Source: Nemertoderma westbladi
Taxonomy: Eukaryota > Animalia > Xenacoelomorpha
Reading direction: 5' to 3'
NCBI GenBank assembly: GCA_032718475.1
Contig: JAUCBJ010002400.1
Location: 1 to 53,362, forward strand
Length of the DNA stretch: 53,362 bases
The first letter of the stretch is position 1, and each line of letters begins with the position of its first letter. Below, in pieces: positions 12,098 through 22,657 of this stretch. The translations under genes and the position numbers were made by a program. Under the pieces are notes generated by a model that was given only the letters and a program-made list of their open reading frames with translations, was not told the DNA's origin and made no database searches.

Positions 12098-12163
12098 CCC
12101 CCTTTCGAGCTTGGGTTAGCCGTCTGAGGCGGTGCCGAGCTAAAATTCGTTCTTACTCAGATG

Positions 12164-13081
12164 TCAGAGTCGGTCGGGTGGCTGATGTACCCGCCTCGGG
12201 TATTCGGAAACTGAAAGTTTCTCAAATTGTTGAGTTTCGATGAGGGGTTCACGCCAGCGTACGAGTTTGGGGGCTGTGGGTGTCGCGTCCGGGGTTGGTA
12301 GGCCCGTGGGTGTCTCCTGGAGGGCGGTGTCCGGAATAAGTAGGCGTCGGTTCCGGATGGGTGTGCATCCGGAAGGCATCCGGACAGTATACTTCCGGTG
12401 TTTACCGGACTCAACGATGGTGCCGGTGCGCTCCCACCGTTTATTGGTCAGGTGTTGAACCCGGACCCTGGCGCCCACCGCGAGTGGTTCCAGGGCCTTC
12501 GCTCCGCGGTTATATTGGGCGGTCCTGGTTGATTTTAATGCCGGCGCCACTCGGTCTAGCTTCGTCCGGGTCTCCTGGAGTGTCCGAGCGAAGGCGCTGT
12601 GGTGGGCCGGAACGCGCGACCTCATAGGATGGCCAAACACGATGTCCGCTGGGGAGAAGCCGCTCTCCCTGGGGCTGTTTCGGAGTTCCAGGAGCCCCTC
12701 CTGAAACGCGGCGGAGGTCGTTGACCCCCCAGTCTTCTCCAGTAGGCGCTTGAGAGCCTTCACTGCTGATTCAGCGTGCCCGTTACTCTGGGGGTATTCT
12801 GGCAACGATGTGACCGGTGTGACCCCCCAGTCTTTCAGGAAGCTGGTCAGCTCTGCTGATGTGAACTGGGTTCCGCCGTCCGACCGGAAGCGTGTTGGTA
12901 CCCCGTAGCGGACGAACCAGTCACGCAGGGCGGTGGTTGTCCGGGCAGCGGTGGGTGGGGCGGAGAAACTGTAGATTTCCGGCCATCCGGAATATCTGTC
13001 AGCGGTGGCGAGGAAATGTTTCCCGTCGAGTGAGAAGAAATCTCCCGAGATATCTTCAAACGGGCGAGTTGGTGGGGGCTC
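12164..13081 (-). pseudogene. Ty3/Gypsy integrase (DDE core plus C-terminus), 5'-truncated
   Basis: Uninterrupted frame PTRPFEDISGDFF...ADRYSGWPE...YGVPTRFRSDGGTQFTS...YPQSNGHAESAVK...LLELRNSP...IRNRRLL. Confidence 0.92.
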
Positions 13082-13084
13082 CGT

Positions 13085-13385
13085 ACAGCCTGACAGTACC
13101 GGTACACATGGTACATGCAGAATTGCAAAATTTGTCAGAAACCCAGCTGATATATCCTACAGTAATAATAATTTAACGCATTTTAAATTTGGATAAATAA
13201 ATTTATTATAACTGCAATAACAGTTACACTGATGCTGCACGAAGGCCCCACGCAAATTCTACTTGGAAAATTTTCAAACTTTTGCCAAACAACATGTGTA
13301 CCAAGTTTGGATAGATTTCATCAAGGATTGGCCGAGTTATTAACGTTTAAAATAAAATACTGAAAAAAAACGCGACAGAACGACA
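13085..13385 (+). repeat. Duplicate of 16387-16707 (3' part of a DINE/Helentron-like element)
   Basis: Near-identical to 16387-16707 apart from a ~20-bp indel. It truncates the Gypsy integrase. Confidence 0.85.
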
Positions 13386-14956
13386 CGTTCGTGGGGCCTT
13401 CGCGCAGCACGAGGCCCAGTTATGAGATACAAATTAAAATTGTGCGACTGTATCACAAAATCAGGTTATGAGAGATTAACCCACACCACCAATTAATCAA
13501 AGAAAGGGGGACAGTACGTGTTCACCCCTTTTAATCTGCACCCCCCCCCCCCCCCCCCCTCCCTTCCCACCCACCAATACATAACCGCGACATCTACCAC
13601 CCACGGAAGGGTAGCACGAACTTATTTCCAAACGCACGTTCAATATACAAAGCCAGGTGGTTTATAGGAATATAATCAATGCAGTACTCGTCTTCATTAT
13701 AAGCCTCTTTGCGTTTGACCTGTTTTGTATTAAAATATATTTATTAAACGCAGGCTGACGCTCTTTATAATAATAATACCTAGGGATGCCAGCTTCCAGA
13801 CTTTCAATCTTTACTGCCGCGCAAACCCCGCAGAGGAAGTTTTGGTTTGAGAGATCAAGCCCATCGGCAATTGGTGTTTTAATTTCGGTCCAGGAACTCT
13901 GACAATGGGAGCATTCAATCTTAGCTGTGGTCCATTCCCGTGGTTTTGGCTTCCTTTTCTTCGTCCCAAATGACAGATTCTTCTGAAGACGTTCGATTCG
14001 CTTTCAGTTTATTGTTGGCGTTTGTGTTTTGAAGTTGTATTCGAGTGGACAGTCGCGCCGGTTTCGAGGTAACCATGCCGACCTGTGATAAGCGTTGGTT
14101 ATGTTGAGTGCCGGTATTCATCTTCTCTCACCTCTTCAATGTCAGATGTTGCAAATACGAATAACGGTATATATTTCAATACTTGTCAATAGTAATATAG
14201 ATAATTTAGATAACTATTTTATATCTGTACTGTTGAGCAAACTCTACATAAATTCCAACCTGTGTATCGCCGGTAAGGCTGTTGCTGTGCAAGTGCTAGT
14301 TGCCACCGGTCAGCCGGTACCGGTAGTAGGGTGGTACCATGGCCTACTATACACAGGCCATGACAAGGACTTTGCTGTGAAATTAGCGTAGGCTGACTGA
14401 TGAATTATCAAATATTATATTTTCCATGAATGCAGGGTCCATATTTAAAAGAAGATGACTAGATTTTCGTAAAGAATTTAATTGAAACAGTATTTAATAA
14501 TAAATAAATTAATTATCGCTCGAGTTCCTGCAGCTTTTATTCGTGGCAGGAATGTTTGAACGCTAATAAGTCGGTCAATCATGGATGAAATGGAACCAAA
14601 CTTGGTACACTTGTAGTCTTTAAAAGAATTTAGAAATTCTACACACAGACAGACTTCTACAGTTCCCCGGTCTGCCGCTAGGGGGCGAATTAACAGAAAC
14701 GTAAAAATAGCTGTAATTATAGAACCAACGATCAGATTCATCTGAAATTTAGTAGTAGTTACCTAAGAGCATTGCTTAATTAGAAATTCTACAGAGACTT
14801 TTACAGTTCCTGTCTGCCGCTAGTGGGGAATTGTTAGAGCTCCAGTTCAACGTGCTTAGCATGGTTTAATAAACAATCAATTAATTATTTTATTCAATAC
14901 AGTAATTATAACAGTAAAATGAAATGTATTCTATTTTATAGTGAAATCAAGAGATA

Positions 14957-15207
14957 GGAGGGGGGTGGGACTGGACGCAAATCCCATCTTGGCGAATTAA
15001 TATCCCGCCTCAATATTAATTTCTAAATTTTGGGAAAGGAGCAGGTTACAGTGGCACGTTATTTTAACCAAAACAATAAAGTAAACACAATAGAACAGGT
15101 TACAGTTTTATTTTTGAGAGTAATCAGCTGTTGTTATTTGCGTCCAATTTCCCCTGGAGAGGGATGAATTTTTATTGCGTCCAGTTCCCCCCCCCCCCCC
15201 CCCCCCC
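14957..15207. mobile_element. ~250-bp MITE with G-rich TIR (ggg...actggacgcaa); second copy at 30759-31013
   Basis: TIR actggacgcaa / ttgcgtccagt is flanked by TA. A homologous copy lies in inverted orientation at 30.8-31.0 kb. Confidence 0.75.
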
Positions 15208-15334
15208 TATCTTGAAATCAAATACCAAAAATATATTTATTATATGAACAAACTATTTGGAAATTGTAAGTTCGGCCTATCTCTTTACCATAAGCTCAGT
15301 ATCTTTATCTGGTGTGTTTTTATTATTTTACCAA

Positions 15335-15964
15335 TTATTTAATATGTTTGATAGAATTGAACAACACCGCCCAACACAACCAACTCTCTATCCGCCTCGA
15401 GCATCGAGAATACGAGAAACTCGAACGAAATACCTGCTTATCCCAGTAGTATCCGTCCGTAGTCACCGGACCGCTGCGGTTTACTCCCGTAGAACAGTAG
15501 AATTCCCGCAGCTTCCGACCCAATTCGACAACGAATTCGCTTCACACTTTCACGTCACAGAGAACGTAATCCAGTGCGATAACGTCTGCCCAACGTTCAA
15601 CCATTTCCCCCAGGCGATCCCAGGATCCGGGCCGCCGCTAAACCCAGATCGCAATCCTCGTCAATTCGTCCAGTCGTCGACGTAAGTCAGTAAGTGGGAC
15701 TCTTCCCACCGCACTCCAAGGTGGGTGACCGGAGTGAGGCATGATGAACTTGGCAGTGGCCCGCATTACGATCTGACCGACCGCCATATTCCCAGTGTCT
15801 GAGTGTAGTAAATACCCAAATAGAATCGTACTGACAAACAAGCAATTCCGTAGTATTCCCCCGTTAATCACCTCTTGAAGCAACTCGGCTGCTTGGGTCC
15901 AGATACATCGGACTGTCGGGAGCGTTTCAGACAGTAATGGAGCGGCATTTGCGAATATTTCCAA
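15335..15964 (-). pseudogene. Degenerate ~210-codon orphan ORF with two in-frame stops
   Basis: ORF-track entries 15638-15964 and 15335-15523 share a frame. The segment is GC-richer than its flanks, with AATAAA just downstream. No family is recognised. Confidence 0.4.
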
Positions 15965-16704
15965 TGGTTTTATAATAAATAAGGGGATTCAACAGTTCAA
16001 TGCTAAAACAAATGGATTATTCCTAACCCCACCCCAATACAGCAATATACCTAACAGTATATAGCTTAGGTACCACAGTCTGACAGTACCATAATCAGCA
16101 CAGTCAGCCTACGCATGGGTGGTACCTACGGTGCGCACTACAACGGCAGTACAGCAATACGGTGTACCGTGCCAATGACTGAATGATTAGCGGTAACTAC
16201 TGAACTATCTAAACTATTATATTATTATTACCGGTACTAGGCTAATTAGGCCTAAACTATAATCACCGCAAGGGTTTCCGGGGCCATATTTAGATTACAT
16301 GATATGGCATGTCTGCAGTGTATGGTACCGGCTGACCTGTATTGCAGTATTGACTGATTGCAGAATTATCGATTCAGGAATTGAGTACAGCCTGACAGTA
16401 CCGGTACAAATGGTACATGCAGATTGGCAGACAGCCCCTATGTTTTGCAAAATTTGTCAGAAAACCAGCTGATTTATCCTACAGTAATAATAATTTAACG
16501 CATGTTAATTTTGGATAAATAAATATATTATAACTACAATAACAGTTACACTGATGCTGCACGAAGGCCCCACGCAAATTCTACTTGGAAAATTTTCAAA
16601 CTTTTGCCAAACAACATGTGTACCAAGTTTGGATAGATTTCATCAAGGATTGGCCGAGTTATTAACGTTTAAAATAAAATACTGAAAAAAAACGCGACAG
16701 AACG

Positions 16705-16875
16705 ACAGGTTGATTAATGGTACCACTACGCTAAGGCTCACTCACTTCGTGGCTCGCCCCACAGGTTGATTAATGGTACCACTACGCTAAGGCTCACTCA
16801 CTTCGTGGCTCGCCCCACAGGTTGATTAATGGTACCACTACGCTAAGGCTCACTCACTTCGTGGCTCGCCCCACA
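16705..16875 (+). repeat. Three tandem copies of a 56-bp element 3' terminus
   Basis: aggttgattaatggtaccactacgctaaggctcactcacttcgtggctcgccccac occurs three times here and once at ~25049-25105. Confidence 0.95.
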
Positions 16876-17089
16876 TTTGGTGGCACTTCAATTCTGGATT
16901 TATAATATTTCGGTATGTGTGGAATTTTGTGGCAGAGTTTGGTTTATCCAATACACGTTTTAAAATATCCCGAATAATTAAAGTTGTCTGGAACCAACCC
17001 CCCGAGCGTCACAAAGGTACAGTATCTATAGCCAGATGTTCATGTACCTCGCAAAGGTGCGTTGTACACAAAGGTGCGTTGTACACAAA

Positions 17090-17280
17090 GGTGCGATTAC
17101 GAAATCCTGCTCTCATTTTAAGTATCCGCGTTATCAAAGATGGTAGACCGGCTTCTATCAAGCAAAGGTCAATCGGTGTCTGCTCACGGACACCCACCAA
17201 CGATCTGTCATTTGGTTGTAAAAATTTTCCACCGATATAAAGTTGTCTGTTAACCAACTTTCCACAACGACCTGAGCCCC
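17090..17280 (-). pseudogene. CR1-group LINE ORF2 post-RT fragment
   Basis: ESWLTDNFISVENFYNQM / SLVGVREQTPIDLCLIEAGLPSL, with a frameshift between the two parts. Confidence 0.55.
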
Positions 17281-17974
17281 TAACTTACATTATCAAATGA
17301 TCAAGCACCATGCTAACAGTCTGGCATTTAATGATTACAAGTAAGTAGCAATACAGTATGTAACTAGCCACAGTATAATTAGAATTTATTGTTCGCTAAG
17401 ATAGCTTGAAGCTTTTTGCTACACGAAGGCCCCACTCGTGTTGTGGTTCCAGGTATGTAGCTATTCACCGTTCGAATTCCAGCTCATATCGTATAAAAGT
17501 AATTAGGGGGTATAATGATGAATTTTATCTGGCTGTCATTATTGAACACTGTTGCAACATTATTATACTGTAGATCATGAAATAGTAAACACCGGAATGG
17601 AACAACAATAGTAAGATCAGAATCTAAATTACTAAAGCACAGCCCGGCTTTCTTAAACGTAGATCAATATTCGTATCTTATCTGTTTTTTTATAGTGTTG
17701 TGAAGTTATTTAGTTTTGAAACTCTATGCTATTTTGAATCATGGAAGAGGAATATAATTCTTTATCTATATTATACTATGCGGTAGATCTACTGCAGAAG
17801 AACTCGAGCAGCTAGTAGGAATTGATAATGCTGATGTCACTGATAATACTGATGATAACGATATCACAGCATTTGCCGATTGTGATATTAGAGAAGCATT
17901 AGACATTTTGTAACATTGTTATAATGTTGTTTAATTATAATAATGAGAAATAATTATAATGACAATCGCGAAAA

Positions 17975-18200
17975 TCATCTGACTAGATGAAATGCGATTG
18001 AATAGCTATCGAAAAAGAAATTTAAAAATCCAGAAATACAAAAAAAAAGAAAATTAATTATCGCTGAGAAGATGTGCCTTAAAGTTTTTGAAAAGGTCGA
18101 AAATTGTTGTGTGGACCGTATGATAATTGGTATCTCGTTCCAGATAATAGGGCCCTGATACTGTATGGACATCTGTCCCGGACAGTACGAATGCGAGATA
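17975..18200 (-). pseudogene. L2/Crack-like LINE 3' end fragment
   Basis: SIQYQGPIIWNEIPIIIRS...FSTFSKTLR resembles the typical CR1-group ORF2 C-terminus. Confidence 0.65.
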
Positions 18201-18263
18201 TTGTAGAATAGAAAACCAGTCAGCTATATATGGTGGCACTGAAGGGCCACTTAGGCAATATTT

Positions 18264-21200
18264 TTTTTATATTTTGCTTAAAACGAATATTAAGACCAAA
18301 AAAGGTCTTAAACTTCGTATTACGAAGTTTAAGACCTTTTATTTGGTCTTAAAGTTCGTAATACGAAGTTTAAGAACTTTTATTTGATCCTAAAGTTCGT
18401 AATACGAAGTTTAAGAACTTTTATTTGGTCCTAAAGTTCGTAATACGAAGTTTAAGAACTTTTATTTGGTCCTAAAGTTCGTAATACGAAGTTTAAGAAC
18501 TTTTATTTGGTCCTAAAGTTCGTAATACGAAGTTTAAGAACTTTTATTTGGTCCTAAAGTTCGTAATACGAAGTTTAAGAACTTTTATTTGGTCCTAAAG
18601 TTCGTAATACGAAGTTTAAGAACTTTTATTTGGTCCTAAAGTTCGTAATACGAAGTTTAAGAACTTTTATTTGGTCCTAAAGTTCGTAATACGAAGTTTA
18701 AGAACTTTTATTTGGTCCTAAAGTTCGTAATACGAAGTTTAAGAACTTTTATTTGGTCCTAAAGTTCGTAATACGAAGTTTAAGAACATTTACTTGGTCC
18801 TAAAGTTCGTAATACGAAGTTTATGAACTTTTATTTGGTCCTAAAGTTCGTAATACGAAGTTTAAGAACTTTTATTTGGTCCTAAAGTTCGTAATACGAA
18901 GTTTAAGAACTTTTATTTGGTCCTAAAGTTCGTAATACGAAGTTTAAGAACTTTTATTTGGTCCTAAAGTTCGTAATACGAAGTTTAAGAACTTTTATTT
19001 GGTCCTAAAGTTCGTAATACGAAGTTTAAGAACTTTTATTTGGTCCTAAAGTTCGTAATACGAAGTTTACGAACTTTTATTTGGTCCTAAAGTTCGTAAT
19101 ACGAAGTTTAAGAACATTTATTTGGTCCTAAAGTTCGTAATACGAAGTTTAAGAACTTTTATTTGGTCCTAAAGTTCGTAATACGAAGTTTAAGAACTTT
19201 TATTTGGTCCTAAAGTTCGTAATACGAAGTTTAAGAACTTTTATTTGGTCCTAAAGTTCATAATACGAAGTTTAAGAACTTTTATTTGGTCCTAAAGTTC
19301 GTAATACGAAGTTTAAGAACTTTTATTTGGTCCTAAAGTTCGTAATACGAAGTTTTAAGAACTTTTATTTGGTCCTAAAGTTCGTAATACGAAGTTTAAG
19401 AACATTTATTTGGTCCTAAAGTCGTAATACGAAGTTTTAAGAACTTTTATTTGGTCCTAAAGTTCGTAATACGAAGTTTAAGACCTTTTATTTGGTCCTA
19501 AAGTTCGTAATACGAAGTTTAATAACTTTTATTTGGTCCTAAAGTTCGTAATACGAAGTTTAAGAACTTTTATTTGGTCCTAAAGTTCGTAATACGAAGT
19601 TTTAAGAACTTTTATTTGGTCCTAAAGTTCGTAATACGAAGTTTAAGAACATTTATTTGGTCCTAAAGTTCGTAATACGAAGTTTTAAGAACTTTTATTT
19701 GGTCCTAAAGTTCGTAATACGAAGTTTAAGACCTTTCATTTGGTCTTAAAGTTCGTAATACGAAGTTTAAGAACTTTTATTCGGTCTTAAAGTTCGTAAT
19801 ACGAAGTTTAAGAACTTTTATTCGGTCTTAAAGTTCATAATACGAAGTTTTAAGAACTTTTATTTGGTCCTAATGTTCGTAATACGAAGTTTAAGAACAT
19901 TTATTTGGTCCTAAAGTTCGTAATACGAAGTTTTAAGAACTTTTATTTGGTCCTAAAGTTCGTAATACGAAGTTTAAGACCTTTCATTTGGTCCTAAAGT
20001 TCGTAATACGAAGTTTAAGACCATTTATTTGGTCCTAAAGTTCGTAATACGAAGTTTTAAGAACTTTTATTTGGTCCTAAAATTCGTAATACGAAGTTTA
20101 AGACCTTTCATTTGGTCTTAAAGTTCGTAATACGAAGTTTAAGAACTTTTATTCGGTCTTAAAGTTCGTAATACGAAGTTTTAAGAACTTTTATTTGGTC
20201 TTAAAGTTCGTAATACGAAGTTTAAGAACTTTTATTTGGTCCTAAAGTTCGTAATACGAAGTTTTAAGAACTTTTATTTGGTCCTAAAGTTCGTAATACG
20301 AAGTTTAAGAACATTTATTTGGTCCTAAAGTTCGTAAAACGAAGTTTTATGAACTTTTATTTGGTCCTAAAGTTCGTAATACGAAGTTTAAGAACTTTTA
20401 TTTGGTCCTAAAGTTCGTAATACGAAGTTTAAGAACTTTTATTTGGTCCTAAAGTTCGTAATACGAAGTTTTAAGAACTTTTATTTGGTCCTAAATTTCG
20501 TAATACGAAGTTTAAGAACTTTTATTTGGTCCTAAAGTTCGTAATACGAAGTTTAAGAACTTTTATTTGGTCCTAAAGTTCGTAATACGAAGTTTAAGAA
20601 CTTTTATTTGGTCCTAAAGTTCGTAATACGAAGTTTAAGAACATTTATTTGGTCCTAAAGTTCGTAATACGAAGTTTTAAGAACTTTTATTTGGTCCTAA
20701 AGTTCGTAATACGAAGTTTAAGAACTTTGATTTGGTCCTAAAGTTCGTAATACGAAGTTTAAGAACTTTTATTTGGTCCTAAAGTTCGTAATACGAAGTT
20801 TTAAGAACTTTGATTTGGTCCTAAAGTTCGTAATACGAAGTTTAAGAACTTTTATTTGGTCCTAAAGTTCGTAATACGAAGTTTTAAGAACTTTTATTTG
20901 GTCCTAAAGTTCGTAATACGAAGTTTAAGAACATTTATTTGGTCCTAAAGTCGTAATACGAAGTTTTAAGAACTTTTATTTGGTCCTAAAGTTCGTAATA
21001 CGAAGTTTAAGACCTTTTATTTGGTCCTAAAGTTCGTAATACGAAGTTTAAGAACTTATATTTGGTCCTAAAGTTCGTAATACGAAGTTTAAGAACTTTT
21101 ATTTGGTCCTAAAGTTCGTAATACGAAGTTTAAGAACTTTTATTTGGTCCTAAAGTTCGTAATACGAAGTTTAAGAACTTTTATTTGGTCCTAAAGTTCG

Positions 21201-22455
21201 TAATACGAAGTTTTAAGAACTTTTATTTGGTCCTAAAGTTCGTAATACGAAGTTTAAGAACATTTATTTGGTCCTAAAGTTCGTAAAACGAAGTTTTATG
21301 AACTTTTATTTGGTCCTAAAGTTCGTAATACGAAGTTTAAGAACTTTTATTTGGTCCTAAAGTTCGTAATACGAAGTTTAAGAACTTTTATTTGGTCCTA
21401 AAGTTCGTAATACGAAGTTTTAAGAACTTTTATTTGGTCCTAAATTTCGTAATACGAAGTTTAAGAACTTTTATTTGGTCCTAAAGTTCGTAATACGAAG
21501 TTTAAGAACTTTTATTTGGTCCTAAAGTTCGTAATACGAAGTTTAAGAACTTTTATTTGGTCCTAAAGTTCGTAATACGAAGTTTAAGAACATTTATTTG
21601 GTCCTAAAGTTCGTAATACGAAGTTTTAAGAACTTTTATTTGGTCCTAAAGTTCGTAATACGAAGTTTAAGAACTTTGATTTGGTCCTAAAGTTCGTAAT
21701 ACGAAGTTTAAGAACTTTTATTTGGTCCTAAAGTTCGTAATACGAAGTTTTAAGAACTTTTATTTGGTCCTAAAGTTCGTAATACGAAGTTTAAGAACAT
21801 TTATTTGGTCCTAAAGTCGTAATACGAAGTTTTAAGAACTTTTATTTGGTCCTAAAGTTCGTAATACGAAGTTTAAGACCTTTTATTTGGTCCTAAAGTT
21901 CGTAATACGAAGTTTAAGAACTTATATTTGGTCCTAAAGTTCGTAATACGAAGTTTAAGAACTTTTATTTGGTCCTAAAGTTCGTAATACGAAGTTTAAG
22001 AACTTTTATTTGGTCCTAAAGTTCGTAATACGAAGTTTAAGAACTTTTATTTGGTCCTAAAGTAGTTCGTAATACGAAGTTTAAGAAATTTTATTTGGTC
22101 CTAAAGTTCGTAATACGAAGTTAAGAACTTTTATTTGGTCCTAAAGTTCGTAATACGAATTTTAAGAACTTTTATTTGGTCCTAAAGTTCGTAATACGAA
22201 GTTTAAGAACTTTTATTTGGTCCTAAAGTTCGTAATACGAAGTTTAAGAACTTTTATTTGGTCCTAAAGTTCGTAATACGAAGTTTAAGAACTTTTATTT
22301 GGTCCTAAAGTTCGTAATACGAAGTTTAAGAAGTTTTATTTGGTCTTAAAGGTCATAATACGAAGTTTAAGAACTTTTATTTGGTCTTAATGTTAATAAT
22401 ACGAATATTAAGATCTTTTTTGGTCTTAGTATCCGTTTTAAGCAAAATATAAAAA
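18264..22455. repeat. 41-bp satellite (~100 copies) enclosed by terminal inverted repeats (foldback/MITE-like)
   Basis: The unit is ttttatttggtcctaaagttcgtaatacgaagtttaagaac. Flanks tttttatattttgcttaaaacgaatattaagaccaaaaaa and ttttttggtcttagtatccgttttaagcaaaatataaaaa are inverted repeats. Confidence 0.95.
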
Positions 22456-22657
22456 GCTAAAGGACTACAGTAACTATGCTACATTTACCCTGTACGGAAC
22501 AGTATTATTATACTGTACAGTAAGTCAATCAAGTCTATACTATAGGGAGGAGTGGGGTGGGGTGGATAATTCCGAAGAGGGGGGGGGGGGGGGGGGGGGG
22601 GGGGGGTCAGATTCGCCTTGGACACCGGTACTGCTGCAGTAGCTAGCAGCAGTAGGT

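Larger units (their letters stand above)
13383..16875 (+). mobile_element. DINE-1/Helentron-like non-autonomous element A
   Basis: The 5' ~320 bp are shared with 22658 onward. It has an internal inverted repeat (gtggggccttcgcgcagca / tgctgcacgaaggccccac), a catgtgtaccaagtttgg core, a gacagaac microsatellite and the 3' end ...gctcgccccaca. Confidence 0.6.

Noticed and set aside
13780-14075. Possible LINE ORF1 PHD-finger relic on the minus strand (IECSHCQSSW...FLCGVCAA)
   Set aside because: Only a partial Cys pattern in broken frames; too weak to call.
18303-18337. loxP-like arms (AACTTCGTA / TACGAAGTT) in the satellite palindrome
   Set aside because: Only a 9-bp core is shared, the spacer is 1 nt rather than loxP's 8 nt between 13-bp arms, and there is no tyrosine recombinase in the window; probably coincidence.
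18300-22420. CRISPR-like array of palindromic repeats
   Set aside because: There are no unique spacers and no cas genes, and the context is eukaryotic; it is a tandem satellite.
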